From assembly GCF_000025685.1 (NCBI RefSeq), contig NC_013967.1, positions 1,770,001 through 1,802,000 of the forward strand: a stretch of DNA of 32,000 nucleotides, in the 5' to 3' direction. Within the stretch, counting starts at the first letter, position 1, and each line of letters opens with the position of its first letter. The notes beneath the pieces are model-generated. The model saw nothing but the letters and a program-made list of their open reading frames with translations. It made no database searches and was not told where the DNA came from. This DNA is from Haloferax volcanii DS2. GTDB lineage: Archaea; Halobacteriota; Halobacteria; Halobacteriales; Haloferacaceae. Positions 17,527 through 26,181 of the stretch are shown piece by piece. Position numbers and translations under genes: made by a program.

Positions 17527-20288
17527 TCGAGTCTTCCTTTGAGGTCCGACAGGAGGTTCAGCGCCTCCAGCGGCGTGGTGTCCACGAGGTCGGCCTCGCG
17601 GAGCGCCTCGGCGACGGCTTCGAGTTCGGGGTTCGGTTCGGTCGTTTCGGCCGTCGCGGTCGCTCGGCTCGGATTCTCGCTCTCTCGGTGGCCGTTCTCC
17701 AGCCCATCGACGTAGGCCGCGAGCGTGCCGTCTTCGGCGGTCTCGTCGGGTTCGCCGTTCGCGGCGGCGGCGACGCCGTCCCTTCCTGTGTCGGTCGCGC
17801 GCTCGGCGTCGGCGTCGGTCTCGGGTTCGTCCACGAGGGTTCGCGCCCGCTCGACCACGCTCGCGGGCACGCCGGCCAACTGCGCCACTTCGACCCCGTA
17901 GGACGACGACGAGGGGCCGTCGGCGACGCTGTGGAGGAACGTGACCTCGCCGTCGCGCCGCGCGGCGGTGAAGTGGAGGTTGAACACGCCCGCGCGGTCG
18001 TCGGCCGCGTCGGTCAGGTCGTGGTAGTGGGTCGCAAACAGCGTCGTCGCGCCGACCTCGTCGTGGAGGAACTCGGTGGCGGCGCGGGCGATGGCGAGGC
18101 CGTCGGCGGTGGAGGTGCCGCGGCCGACCTCGTCGAGGAGGACGAGCGAGTCGCCGGTGGCGTTGTGGAGGATTTCGGTCAGCTCGCTCATCTCGCGCAT
18201 GAACGTGGACTGGCCGCCCGCGATGTCGTCGGACGCGCCGATGCGGGTGAACACGCGGTCGAGGACCGGTAGTCGGGCCGATTTCGCCGGGACGAAGCTC
18301 CCGACCTGCGCGAGGAGTGTGACGAGCGCCACCTGCCGCATGTACGTCGACTTCCCGGACATGTTGGGGCCGGTGACGAGCGCGACGCTCCCCCGCGGGA
18401 GGTCCGCGGGGTTCGGCACGAACTCGTCCTGCGCGCGTTCGACGACGGGGTGTCTGCCGGCGTCGATGCGGATGCCGGCGCTCTCGTCCGTGTCGCCCGC
18501 ATGGAACTCGGGTCGGGCGTAGTCGTTCGTCACCGCCACGTCCGCGAGGGTTCGGAGCACGTCGAGGTCCGCGAGGGCGTCCGCGACGGCCTGAACCCGA
18601 GCCGATTCGGTCGCCACGTCGGCGCGCACCTCGCAGAACAGGTCGTATTCGAGGGCGTCGGCGCGGTCCGAGGCGCGGAGAATCTCGTCCTCGCGCTCCT
18701 TCAGTTCGGGCGTGTAGAACCGCTCCGAGTTCTTCAGCGTCTGTCGGCGCTGGTAGTCGTCGGGGACGCGGTCGAGGTTCGGGTTCGTCACCTCGATGTA
18801 GTAGCCGTGGACCTGATTGTAACCGACCTCCAGCGAGTCGATGCCGGTGCGCTCCTGTTCGCGGGCTTCGAGGTTCGACACCCACTCGCGGCCCGCCTCG
18901 GCGGTCCCGCGGACGTCGTCCAGTTCGGCGTCGAAGCCGTCGGCGATGACGCCGCCCTCGGTAATCTCCTGCGGCGGGTCGGAGACGACCGCGTCGCCGA
19001 CGAGGTCGCGCACGTCTTCGAGCTCGTCCAGCGAGTCGCGCAGGTCCGAAAGCAGGTCGGAATCGGTTCCGACGAGCGCATCGCGGATTTCCGGCACTCG
19101 GTCGAGCGTCGTCTTCAGCGAGCGCAGGTCGCGGGCGTCGGCGCGCTCGCGGGAGACGCGGGCGACGAGCCGTTCGAGGTCGTACACCGACGAGAGGTGG
19201 TCTCGGAGGTCGGCGCGGGCGAGCGCGTCGTCGAAGAGGGCCTCGACGGCGTCCAGTCGGGCCTCGATTCGGTCGCGGTCGACGAGCGGGCGGCGGAGCC
19301 ACGCCTCCAGTCGGCGGCGGCCGAGCGCGCAGGCCGTCTCGTCGAGGACCGAAAACAGCGTGCTTCCCGCGCGGGCGCTCCGCGACTCGAACAGTTCGAG
19401 GCTCCGGATGGCTGTCGCGTCGAGTTGGAGGAACTCGCGGGGGTCGAACCGCGTGACGCGGGTGACGTACGCCAGTTGCGAGTCGCCCTGGGCGTACTCG
19501 GCGTAGGCGAGCGCCGCGCCGACCGCCCGGAGTTCGGCGGCCGACTCGACCACGGCGTCCGGCCGGGGCGCGTAGGCCGACAGCGTCTCGCGGGCGGCGT
19601 CGGCGTCGAACGCCTCCGGTTCGAACGGCGTCTCCATCGGGTCGAACGGGAGGTCCGGGAGGTCGCAGTCGGGACCGACGACGAGTTCGGCGGGCGCGAG
19701 GCGTTCCAGCTCTTCGAGCGCCAGCGCGCGGTCCGCCCCGGTGACGAGGCATTCGCCGGTCGACACGTCCACGACGGCGAGACCGTAGGTGTCGGCGTCG
19801 CCGTCGCCGTCGCGGGTCTCGGCGTTGCCGCCGCCCCGAGCGACCGCCCCGAGGTAGGTCGCCCGCCCGGCGTCGAGCAGTTCCTCGTCGACGACGGTGC
19901 CGGGCGTGATGAGTTGGGTGACCGCGCGGTCGACGAGGCCGGACGCCTCCTCGGCGTCTTCGACCTGTTCCGCGAGCGCGACCCGGTAGCCGGCGTCGAG
20001 CAGGCGTTCGAGGTAGCCCGCGGCGTTGTCGATGGGGATGCCCGCCATCGGCCACGTCCCGGTGGAGTCCTCGCGCTGGGTCAGCGTCACCTCGCAGGTG
20101 CGGGCGACGGCCTCCGCCGCGCCGCAGAACGCCTCGTAGAAGTCGCCGACCTGAAACAGCACGACGGCGTCGTCGTGGTCCTCGCAGAGGTCGGCGTACT
20201 GCGAGAGCATCGGCGTCAGGTCGTCTCGCACTGCCAGCATCTCCGGCGGCGCGCCGTACACCGCCTCCCGCTGGGCGTCCGCGTTCAT
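17523..20288 (-). CDS. mutS: DNA mismatch repair protein MutS (MutS1 type, 921 aa)
   Basis: I take the ATG at 20288 (MNADAQREAVYGAPPEMLAVRDDLTPMLSQYADL). The mismatch-binding sequence is GDFYEAF, Walker A is GPNMSGKSTYMRQ, and there are DEVGRGTST and THYH motifs. The 37 Arg/Pro-rich codons upstream were rejected. Confidence 0.95.
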   Translation of the reverse strand: MNADAQREAVYGAPPEMLAVRDDLTPMLSQYADLCEDHDDAVVLFQVGDFYEAFCGAAEAVARTCEVTLTQREDSTGTWPMAGIPIDNAAGYLERLLDAGYRVALAEQVEDAEEASGLVDRAVTQLITPGTVVDEELLDAGRATYLGAVARGGGNAETRDGDGDADTYGLAVVDVSTGECLVTGADRALALEELERLAPAELVVGPDCDLPDLPFDPMETPFEPEAFDADAARETLSAYAPRPDAVVESAAELRAVGAALAYAEYAQGDSQLAYVTRVTRFDPREFLQLDATAIRSLELFESRSARAGSTLFSVLDETACALGRRRLEAWLRRPLVDRDRIEARLDAVEALFDDALARADLRDHLSSVYDLERLVARVSRERADARDLRSLKTTLDRVPEIRDALVGTDSDLLSDLRDSLDELEDVRDLVGDAVVSDPPQEITEGGVIADGFDAELDDVRGTAEAGREWVSNLEAREQERTGIDSLEVGYNQVHGYYIEVTNPNLDRVPDDYQRRQTLKNSERFYTPELKEREDEILRASDRADALEYDLFCEVRADVATESARVQAVADALADLDVLRTLADVAVTNDYARPEFHAGDTDESAGIRIDAGRHPVVERAQDEFVPNPADLPRGSVALVTGPNMSGKSTYMRQVALVTLLAQVGSFVPAKSARLPVLDRVFTRIGASDDIAGGQSTFMREMSELTEILHNATGDSLVLLDEVGRGTSTADGLAIARAATEFLHDEVGATTLFATHYHDLTDAADDRAGVFNLHFTAARRDGEVTFLHSVADGPSSSSYGVEVAQLAGVPASVVERARTLVDEPETDADAERATDTGRDGVAAAANGEPDETAEDGTLAAYVDGLENGHRESENPSRATATAETTEPNPELEAVAEALREADLVDTTPLEALNLLSDLKGRLE

Positions 20289-20310
20289 ACCCTCAAGCGG
20301 GTCGCCGAGC

Positions 20311-20318
20311 AATAAAAA
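20311..20318 (-). promoter_or_regulatory. TATA box (minus strand TTTTTATT) for mutS-mutL
   Basis: This is the strongest A/T block in the intergenic region. It sits 23-30 nt upstream of the mutS ATG at 20288, which fits a leaderless mRNA. Confidence 0.55.
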
Positions 20319-20387
20319 CGGCCGGGAACGACGCGGTGGGCGGTCGCCCGTCCGCGCCGCCGCCCGCGACTGCGGCGTGTGGGCGAC

Positions 20388-20417
20388 CAGCAAGGCCAAT
20401 GTACACGCCCAGCAAGG
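20388..20417. promoter_or_regulatory. Direct repeat CCAGCAAGG-N12-CCAGCAAGG in the mutS / moxR divergent intergenic region
   Basis: There are two exact 9-mers, at 20388-20396 and 20409-20417. Their 21-bp centre-to-centre spacing is about two helical turns. Confidence 0.35.
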
Positions 20418-20494
20418 TTAGGTAGGCTGAGGCAATACTAACACGCAGAGGCCCGTCGGCGGTGCGGACAGTCGGCGGGGCATCCGGAATATCA

Positions 20495-21451
20495 ATGACT
20501 GATGCACATGCAGACGCCGACTTCGACCCCGCGCCCTCGGTCGAGGCGGTGTCGGACCTCGCGACACGAATCTCCGAGAACGTCGAACGGGTCATCGTCG
20601 GCCACCACGACGCCATCGAAGACATCATCGTGGCCCTGTTCGCCCGCGGCCACCTCCTGTTGGAGGACGTGCCGGGCGTCGGCAAGACGATGCTCGCCCG
20701 CGCTATCGCCACCTCGATAGAGGGGGAGTTCGAGCGCATTCAGTTCACGCCCGACCTCCTCCCGTCCGACGTGACGGGCGTGAACGTGTTCAACCAACAG
20801 ACCAGCGAGTTCGAGTTCCGCGAGGGACCGGTCTTCGGGAACGTCGTCCTCGGCGACGAGATAAACCGCGCGCCACCGAAGACGCAGGCCGCGCTCCTCG
20901 AAGTCATGGAGGAGCTACAGGTCACGGTCGACGGCGTCACCCGCCGCGTCCCCGACCCCTTCACCGTCATCGCCACCCAGAACGACGTGGAACCCGACCG
21001 GACGTACGACCTCCCGCTGGCCGAACTCGACCGGTTCATGAAGAAGATTCACCTCGGCTACCCGACCGAGGCCGAGGAGACGGAACTGCTCGGCCGCGTC
21101 TCCGGCCACCACCCCATCGAGTCGCTCGAACCCGTCGCATCGGCGGGCGACGTGCGCGACGCCCGCGAGCGCATCCTCGACGTGACGGTGAGCGAGCCGG
21201 TCCGCAGCTACGTCTCTCGGCTCGCCGCCGACACCAGAGCGGGCGCCGACCTCGGCGTGAGCCCCCGCGGCTCCATCGCCCTCGTCCGCGCCGCGCAGGC
21301 CCGCGCCGCACTCGACGCCCGCAACTACGTCGTCCCCGACGACGTGCAACGCGAGGTGCGGAGCGTCTGGGCCCACCGCATTCGGACGACCGACGAGCGC
21401 GCCGGCCGCGACGTGGTCCAGCGGGCGCTCGACACCGTCCCGGTCGAGTGA
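20495..21451 (+). CDS. MoxR-family AAA+ ATPase
   Basis: ATG at 20495 (MTDAHADADF...). Walker A is DVPGVGKT, Walker B is LGDEINRA, and there are also TQNDVE and SPRGS motifs. An alternative GTG at 20462 would be leaderless relative to the AATACTA block at about 20433. Confidence 0.9.
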   Translation: MTDAHADADFDPAPSVEAVSDLATRISENVERVIVGHHDAIEDIIVALFARGHLLLEDVPGVGKTMLARAIATSIEGEFERIQFTPDLLPSDVTGVNVFNQQTSEFEFREGPVFGNVVLGDEINRAPPKTQAALLEVMEELQVTVDGVTRRVPDPFTVIATQNDVEPDRTYDLPLAELDRFMKKIHLGYPTEAEETELLGRVSGHHPIESLEPVASAGDVRDARERILDVTVSEPVRSYVSRLAADTRAGADLGVSPRGSIALVRAAQARAALDARNYVVPDDVQREVRSVWAHRIRTTDERAGRDVVQRALDTVPVE

Positions 21452-21456
21452 GACCG

Positions 21457-22485
21457 ATGCGGCTCACCCTCCGCGGCTGGGTCGCCGTCGCGGTCGTGGT
21501 CGTCGGCGTCGCCAACGCCGTCGCCTACGGCCCGCGAGCACTCAACGCCGTCGTCGTCCCGGTCGCCGTCGGCCTCGTCGTCGGCGCGGTGCAGGTCTGG
21601 CGCGTCTCGCCGCCCCGCACCGAGCGCGTCGCGCCCGACGACGGCTTCCCCGGCGAGACCCACACCGTCTCGCTCGATATCGACGTCGACCGGCCGTTTC
21701 CGGCCACCGTCTCCGACGCCCTCTCGCCCGGTCTCGACGGCGACACCGCGGTCGATTCGGTCGTCGGTGACGGCCGCATCGACTACGAAGTGACCTACCG
21801 CGGTCGCGGCCCGGCGACGCTCGGCCCGGCGACCGTCGTCGCCCGCGACATCCTCGGCCTGCTCTCGAAGTCGTTCACCGTCGGCGGGACAACCGAGGTG
21901 CTCGTCTTCCCGCGGGTCCGGTCGCTCGGAGCGGCGGCCCGACGAGACCTTTCGGCGCTCGCGGACGCGGGTCGCACCAACGAGCGCGCCGAGTTCGACC
22001 GCCTTCGCGAGTACGTCCCCGGCGACCCGCTCCGCGACATCCACTGGAAGTCGAGCGCCAAGTCCGGCGACCTCGTGGTGAAAGCCTACGACGACCGAGT
22101 CACGGCCGACGCGGTACGCGTCTCGGCCGGCGCGACGGACGGCCACGAGGACGCCGCGGCGGAGGCAGCCGCGACGCTCTGCTGTGCGCTTCTCGACGCC
22201 GGCGTTCCGGTCCACCTCACCTCGCCCGCGGGGGTCGTGGAAGCGACGCCCGGCGACCGCCGGCGCGTCCTCGTCTACCTCTCGCGGCTCCGCTCGGGGT
22301 CGGTCCCCGACGAGACCGCCGAGGTCGTCGTCAGCGGCGACGCCGGAAAGACCCGCGTCGCGCTCGGCGGGCGCGAGACGACGTTCGACCGCCTGCACGC
22401 CGAGCGTGACGCAGTAGGTGGGTCGAACCGGAATCCGGCGAGTCGCGTCGGAACCCGCCGACCCGACTCGGGGGTGTCGGCGTGA
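21457..22485 (+). CDS. DUF58 domain protein (MoxR-operon partner), two N-terminal TM helices
   Basis: FDRLREYVPGDPLRDIHWKSSAKSGDLVVKAY is the DUF58 signature. The start is either the ATG at 21457 or the GTG at 21448, which overlaps the moxR stop as GTGA. Confidence 0.85.
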   Translation: MRLTLRGWVAVAVVVVGVANAVAYGPRALNAVVVPVAVGLVVGAVQVWRVSPPRTERVAPDDGFPGETHTVSLDIDVDRPFPATVSDALSPGLDGDTAVDSVVGDGRIDYEVTYRGRGPATLGPATVVARDILGLLSKSFTVGGTTEVLVFPRVRSLGAAARRDLSALADAGRTNERAEFDRLREYVPGDPLRDIHWKSSAKSGDLVVKAYDDRVTADAVRVSAGATDGHEDAAAEAAATLCCALLDAGVPVHLTSPAGVVEATPGDRRRVLVYLSRLRSGSVPDETAEVVVSGDAGKTRVALGGRETTFDRLHAERDAVGGSNRNPASRVGTRRPDSGVSA

Positions 22486-24722
22486 CGGTCGCCGGCGAGT
22501 CGTCGTCCGGTTCAGCCGGCTCGACGAACACCGTCTTCGGCGTCCCTGCGGGCCTCCTCGCCACGGCGGCGTCGTTGGTCCTCATCGGCGCGTTCCTCGC
22601 GGTCGTCTACGACATCACGGACGTGGTGGGCCGCCGCGACCAGTTCGTCCTCCTCGCCGCGGGGACGCTCGGTCTCGCCACCGTGGTGGGGTGGACGCTC
22701 CGCCCCCGCTACGCGCTCGGCCTCGCGGTTCTCATCGCCGGCGGCGGCTTCGCGGCGTACTTCCTCGCGCTCCCCGAGAGCCAGGTCGCGCTGCTCTCGC
22801 CGGAGCGCCTCCTGGCCGACACGTTCGCGCTCCTCAGCGGCCTCTCGGCGCTCCGGCTCCTGTCGGCCGACGTGTGGGCGCTCGCGGTGACCCCCGGTCC
22901 GGTGTTCCTCGCGTGGTATCTCGCGGTCCGCGGGCGAATCGCGCCGGCCGTCGCGGTCGCCGGGAGCGGCCTCGGCCTGTTCGTCCTCACCACCGACGCG
23001 ACGGGGACGCTCACGCTCCTCGGCGTCGGCGCGGGCATGGCCGCGGTCGGCTTCGACGGCATCGACCGCTTCGGGAGCGCCGGCGGCCAACTCGACGTGC
23101 TGACAATCGTCCTCGCCGCGATGGTCGTGCTCTCTGCTACCGTCACGGTCCTCCCCGGCGCGGGCAGGTCGCCGGTCATCCCCGACGGGGGCGTGGCCGA
23201 GGAGCCGACCGTCGAAGCCAGCCTCGTGAGCGCGGACGACCGCATCTCAATCGTCGGGAGCATCAGTCTCTCGCCGCAGGTCCGCTTCGAGGTCCAGAGC
23301 ACCTCGCCGGACTACTGGCAGACGGCGACGTTCGACCGGTACACCGGCGACGGTTGGGTCAGAACGGGCGACACCCGCGACTACGAGGGCGGCCGATTGG
23401 CCGGCCCCGAGGGGCCGTCGCGCTTGGTCCGCCAGACCGTCACGCCGGCGACGCCGCTCGACTCCATGCCCGCGGCGTGGCGGCCCGTCGCCGTCTCCGG
23501 CGACATCGAAAACGAGACGCTCGTCACCCAGCAGGGGAACCTCCGACCCGACCGAGCCGTCGAAATCGGCGAGACCTACAACGTCACGAGCGCCGTCCCG
23601 CAGTACACCGCGGCGTCGCTCCGGCGGACGGGCACCGACTACCCCGACGAGATTCGCGAGCGGTATCTCGCACTCCCCGACAGCACGTCCGACCGCGTTC
23701 GCGACCGCGCCGCCGAAATCGCGGGCGGCGCGGAGACGCCCTACGACAAGGCCGTCGCGGTCGAGGAGTGGCTCGAAGCCAACAAGGAGTACTCGCTTCG
23801 GGTGTCTCGACCCGACGGCGACATCGCCGAATCGTTCCTCTTCGAGATGGACGCCGGCTACTGCACCTACTACGCCTCGACGATGGTCGTGCTCCTCCGC
23901 TCTGAGGGCGTCCCCGCGCGGTTCGTCACCGGCTACACGCCCGGCGAGCAGGTCGGTGACGACCGCTACGTCGTCCGCGGCCTCGACTCCCACGCGTGGG
24001 TCGAAGTCTACTTCGAGGACACCGGCTGGGTGCGCTTCGACCCGACGCCCGCCGGCCCCCGAGAGGACGCGGAATCGACGACGCTCAGCGACGCCCGCGA
24101 CGAGGGCCAGACGGGCATCGACACCGACGAGACGGACGCCGAGTCCAACGAGACCGACGAGCCCACGCCGACCGCGACCGACACCGAGACGCCGACCGAA
24201 AACGGGACCGAGACGAACGCGACGCCCGCCGGCGGCAGCCCGCCGGGCCCCGATATCGACGAGCGCCTCGGCGTCACCCCCGCGGGCGACGGCGCGGCCG
24301 AAGACGACGAGGGCGGCAGCCTCCTCCCCGAACTGCCGTCTCGGGAGACGCTGTTCGTCGGTCTCGTCGGCCTCCTCGGCGTCGCCGCCGGCGTCAGGCG
24401 AACGCGGCTCCCGGCACATCTCCGGTTTGCGACCGCGGCGTACCAGCGGCGCACCGACTCGCCGGCCGCCGACGTGTTCCGGGCGTACGACCGCCTCGAA
24501 CTCGCCCTCGAACGCGAGTACCGGCCGCGTCGCCCCGGCGAGACGGTCAGGGCGTATCTCGACTCGCTGTCCCGCGTCGGCGTCGACGAGCGGACCCGAC
24601 AGGTCGGCCGCCTCTACGAGCGCGCGAAGTACGGCGACGGCGTCACCCGCGCCGACGCCGACGAGGCCGTGGCCGCGGCGAACGCCGTCGTCCGCGGTCG
24701 TCTGCCGCTCGTCAGACGCTAG
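22482..24722 (+). CDS. Multi-pass membrane transglutaminase-like protein (DUF3488-like TM region + transglutaminase core + DUF4129-like C-terminus)
   Basis: The GTG start overlaps the DUF58 stop (GTGA). The Cys-His-Asp core is GYCTYYASTMVVLLRSEGVPARFVTGY, DSHAWVEVYF and WVRFDPTP. An acidic Thr/Glu/Asp linker and a late TM helix are followed by YRPRRPGETVRAYL (DUF4129-like). Confidence 0.85.
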   Translation: MTVAGESSSGSAGSTNTVFGVPAGLLATAASLVLIGAFLAVVYDITDVVGRRDQFVLLAAGTLGLATVVGWTLRPRYALGLAVLIAGGGFAAYFLALPESQVALLSPERLLADTFALLSGLSALRLLSADVWALAVTPGPVFLAWYLAVRGRIAPAVAVAGSGLGLFVLTTDATGTLTLLGVGAGMAAVGFDGIDRFGSAGGQLDVLTIVLAAMVVLSATVTVLPGAGRSPVIPDGGVAEEPTVEASLVSADDRISIVGSISLSPQVRFEVQSTSPDYWQTATFDRYTGDGWVRTGDTRDYEGGRLAGPEGPSRLVRQTVTPATPLDSMPAAWRPVAVSGDIENETLVTQQGNLRPDRAVEIGETYNVTSAVPQYTAASLRRTGTDYPDEIRERYLALPDSTSDRVRDRAAEIAGGAETPYDKAVAVEEWLEANKEYSLRVSRPDGDIAESFLFEMDAGYCTYYASTMVVLLRSEGVPARFVTGYTPGEQVGDDRYVVRGLDSHAWVEVYFEDTGWVRFDPTPAGPREDAESTTLSDARDEGQTGIDTDETDAESNETDEPTPTATDTETPTENGTETNATPAGGSPPGPDIDERLGVTPAGDGAAEDDEGGSLLPELPSRETLFVGLVGLLGVAAGVRRTRLPAHLRFATAAYQRRTDSPAADVFRAYDRLELALEREYRPRRPGETVRAYLDSLSRVGVDERTRQVGRLYERAKYGDGVTRADADEAVAAANAVVRGRLPLVRR

Positions 24723-24783
24723 ACGGACTGAGCGGCACGAAGAACCGCGTCACTTTTTCTGCGTGCGCTCGCACGAACGCCCA

Positions 24784-26034
24784 ATGGCGATACGAGACGC
24801 TGTCTTCGCACTCCTGTGTGCCGCCCTCTGCGTGCTCGCCGTGGTCGCGCCGACCGCGGCCGCACAGGAGAGCACCGCGAGCGGTCCGGGCGTCGAACCG
24901 CTCGTCCAGCAGGGCGTCGAACCCGACAGCACGCGAATCGTCGTCGAGGTCTCCGAGCGCGGCGACGCCCGCTGGGAGATTCAGTACTGGACCTGGCTCG
25001 ACGACGAGAACACGACCGAGGCCTTCCGGTCGCTCCAAGACGACGTGCGGGCCAATCCCGACGACTACACCGCGGCGTTCGCGGAGCGCATCGCCTCGAC
25101 CGTCGGGGCCGCCGAGAACGCCACCGGCCGGGAGATGGCCGCGACGAACGTCTCGGTCGCCGCCGAGACGCGGTCGCTCCCCGATAGCTTCGGCGTCGTC
25201 AGCTACTCCTTCGAGTGGTCCAACTTCGCGGCGGTCGACGGCGACCGACTCGTCGTCGGCGACGCCATCGAGGGCTTCTTCCTCGACAGTAGCTCCCGGC
25301 TCATCCTCTCGTGGCCCGACGACTACGGCGTGACGACCGTCGAGCCCGCGGGCGACGAGACCCGCGAGAACGCGGTCATCTGGCGCGGCACCCAGACCGA
25401 GTTCGTCTCGGGCGAGCCGAACGTCGTCCTCGAACGCGGCGCTGGCGGCTCGGAACCCTCGGCGACGCCCACGCCCACACCGACGCCGGGCGACTCCGAG
25501 ACGCCCGCCGCGAGCGACGACTCGTTCCCGACGACGACCGCGGTCATCGCGCTCGCGCTCGTCGTTCTCGTCGGTGCCGGCGCGGTCTATCTCCGCTCGC
25601 GGGGCGCGCTCGGCGGCGGCGACGGCGGTGCAGGTGCAGTCGACGCGACCGGCGGGACGGACGCCGACGCACCCGCCGACTCGACCGCCGCGACCTCGCG
25701 GGCGACCGCCGATGCCGGTGCAGATACCGCCGCCGCCGACGATACCGACCAGTCCGACGCGAGCGACGACGGCGAGCCGAGTCCGCCGCCGGAACTCCTC
25801 AGCAACGAAGAGCGCGTCCTCCGGCTCATCGAGTCCCGCGGAGGGCGCATCAAGCAACAGGAGGTCGCCGGCGCGCTCGACTGGACCGACGCGAAGACGA
25901 GCAAGGTCGTCCGCGGGATGCGCGACGAGGGGACCATCGAGGGCTTCCGCCTCGGCCGCGAGAACGTCCTGCGACTGCCCGAAGACGACGACGGAGGCGC
26001 GGACGCCCCCGACGGGGGCTCGAACGGGGTATAA
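24784..26034 (+). CDS. Membrane-anchored winged-helix regulator: signal peptide + extracellular domain + Thr/Pro linker + one TM + acidic linker + C-terminal wHTH (DUF7345/DUF7343-like architecture)
   Basis: ATG at 24784 (MAIRDAVFALLCAALCVLAVVAPTAAAQ). The linker is PSATPTPTPTPGD and the TM helix is TAVIALALVVLVGAGAVYL. The C-terminal LLSNEERVLRLIESRGGRIKQQEVAGALDWTDAKTSKVVRGMRDEGTIEGFRLGRENV is a MarR/TrmB-like wHTH. Confidence 0.75.
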   Translation: MAIRDAVFALLCAALCVLAVVAPTAAAQESTASGPGVEPLVQQGVEPDSTRIVVEVSERGDARWEIQYWTWLDDENTTEAFRSLQDDVRANPDDYTAAFAERIASTVGAAENATGREMAATNVSVAAETRSLPDSFGVVSYSFEWSNFAAVDGDRLVVGDAIEGFFLDSSSRLILSWPDDYGVTTVEPAGDETRENAVIWRGTQTEFVSGEPNVVLERGAGGSEPSATPTPTPTPGDSETPAASDDSFPTTTAVIALALVVLVGAGAVYLRSRGALGGGDGGAGAVDATGGTDADAPADSTAATSRATADAGADTAAADDTDQSDASDDGEPSPPPELLSNEERVLRLIESRGGRIKQQEVAGALDWTDAKTSKVVRGMRDEGTIEGFRLGRENVLRLPEDDDGGADAPDGGSNGV

Positions 26035-26085
26035 ATTTCTTACGACCGTTTCGGTCGGTGGTCGGTGTCTAATCGAGGGACGGCG

Positions 26086-26105
26086 GCGATCCACGGGTGG
26101 ATCGC
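26086..26105. promoter_or_regulatory. 20-bp palindrome GCGATCCAC-GG-GTGGATCGC upstream of the secreted-protein gene
   Basis: The element has perfect 9-bp arms and a 2-bp spacer. Its 3' end is 44 bp upstream of the TTATAT box at 26150. Confidence 0.45.
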
Positions 26106-26149
26106 AAACTGCCGTTGACTGGGGTTGATTCGGGGGCACGACCGCACGC

Positions 26150-26155
26150 TTATAT
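26150..26155 (+). promoter_or_regulatory. TATA box (CTTATATC) for the secreted coiled-coil protein gene
   Basis: An A/T hexamer lies 27-32 nt upstream of the ATG at 26182. Confidence 0.5.
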
Positions 26156-26181
26156 CGGAACGGAGTTCCAAAACGAGGGTG

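Noticed and set aside
17527-20055. The 1406-aa track ORF 15835..20055 (minus strand) suggests a giant MutL with an 840-aa N-terminal extension.
   Set aside because: The extension is an off-frame read through mutS. Its composition is extreme Arg/Pro/Gly (RRRGLPRTPARRRLPGRARG...), which is typical of wrong-frame translation in high-GC DNA. MutL homology begins exactly at the ATG at 17526 (MIHRLDPETRSKIAAGEV), and the mutS frame over the same DNA carries all MutS motifs.
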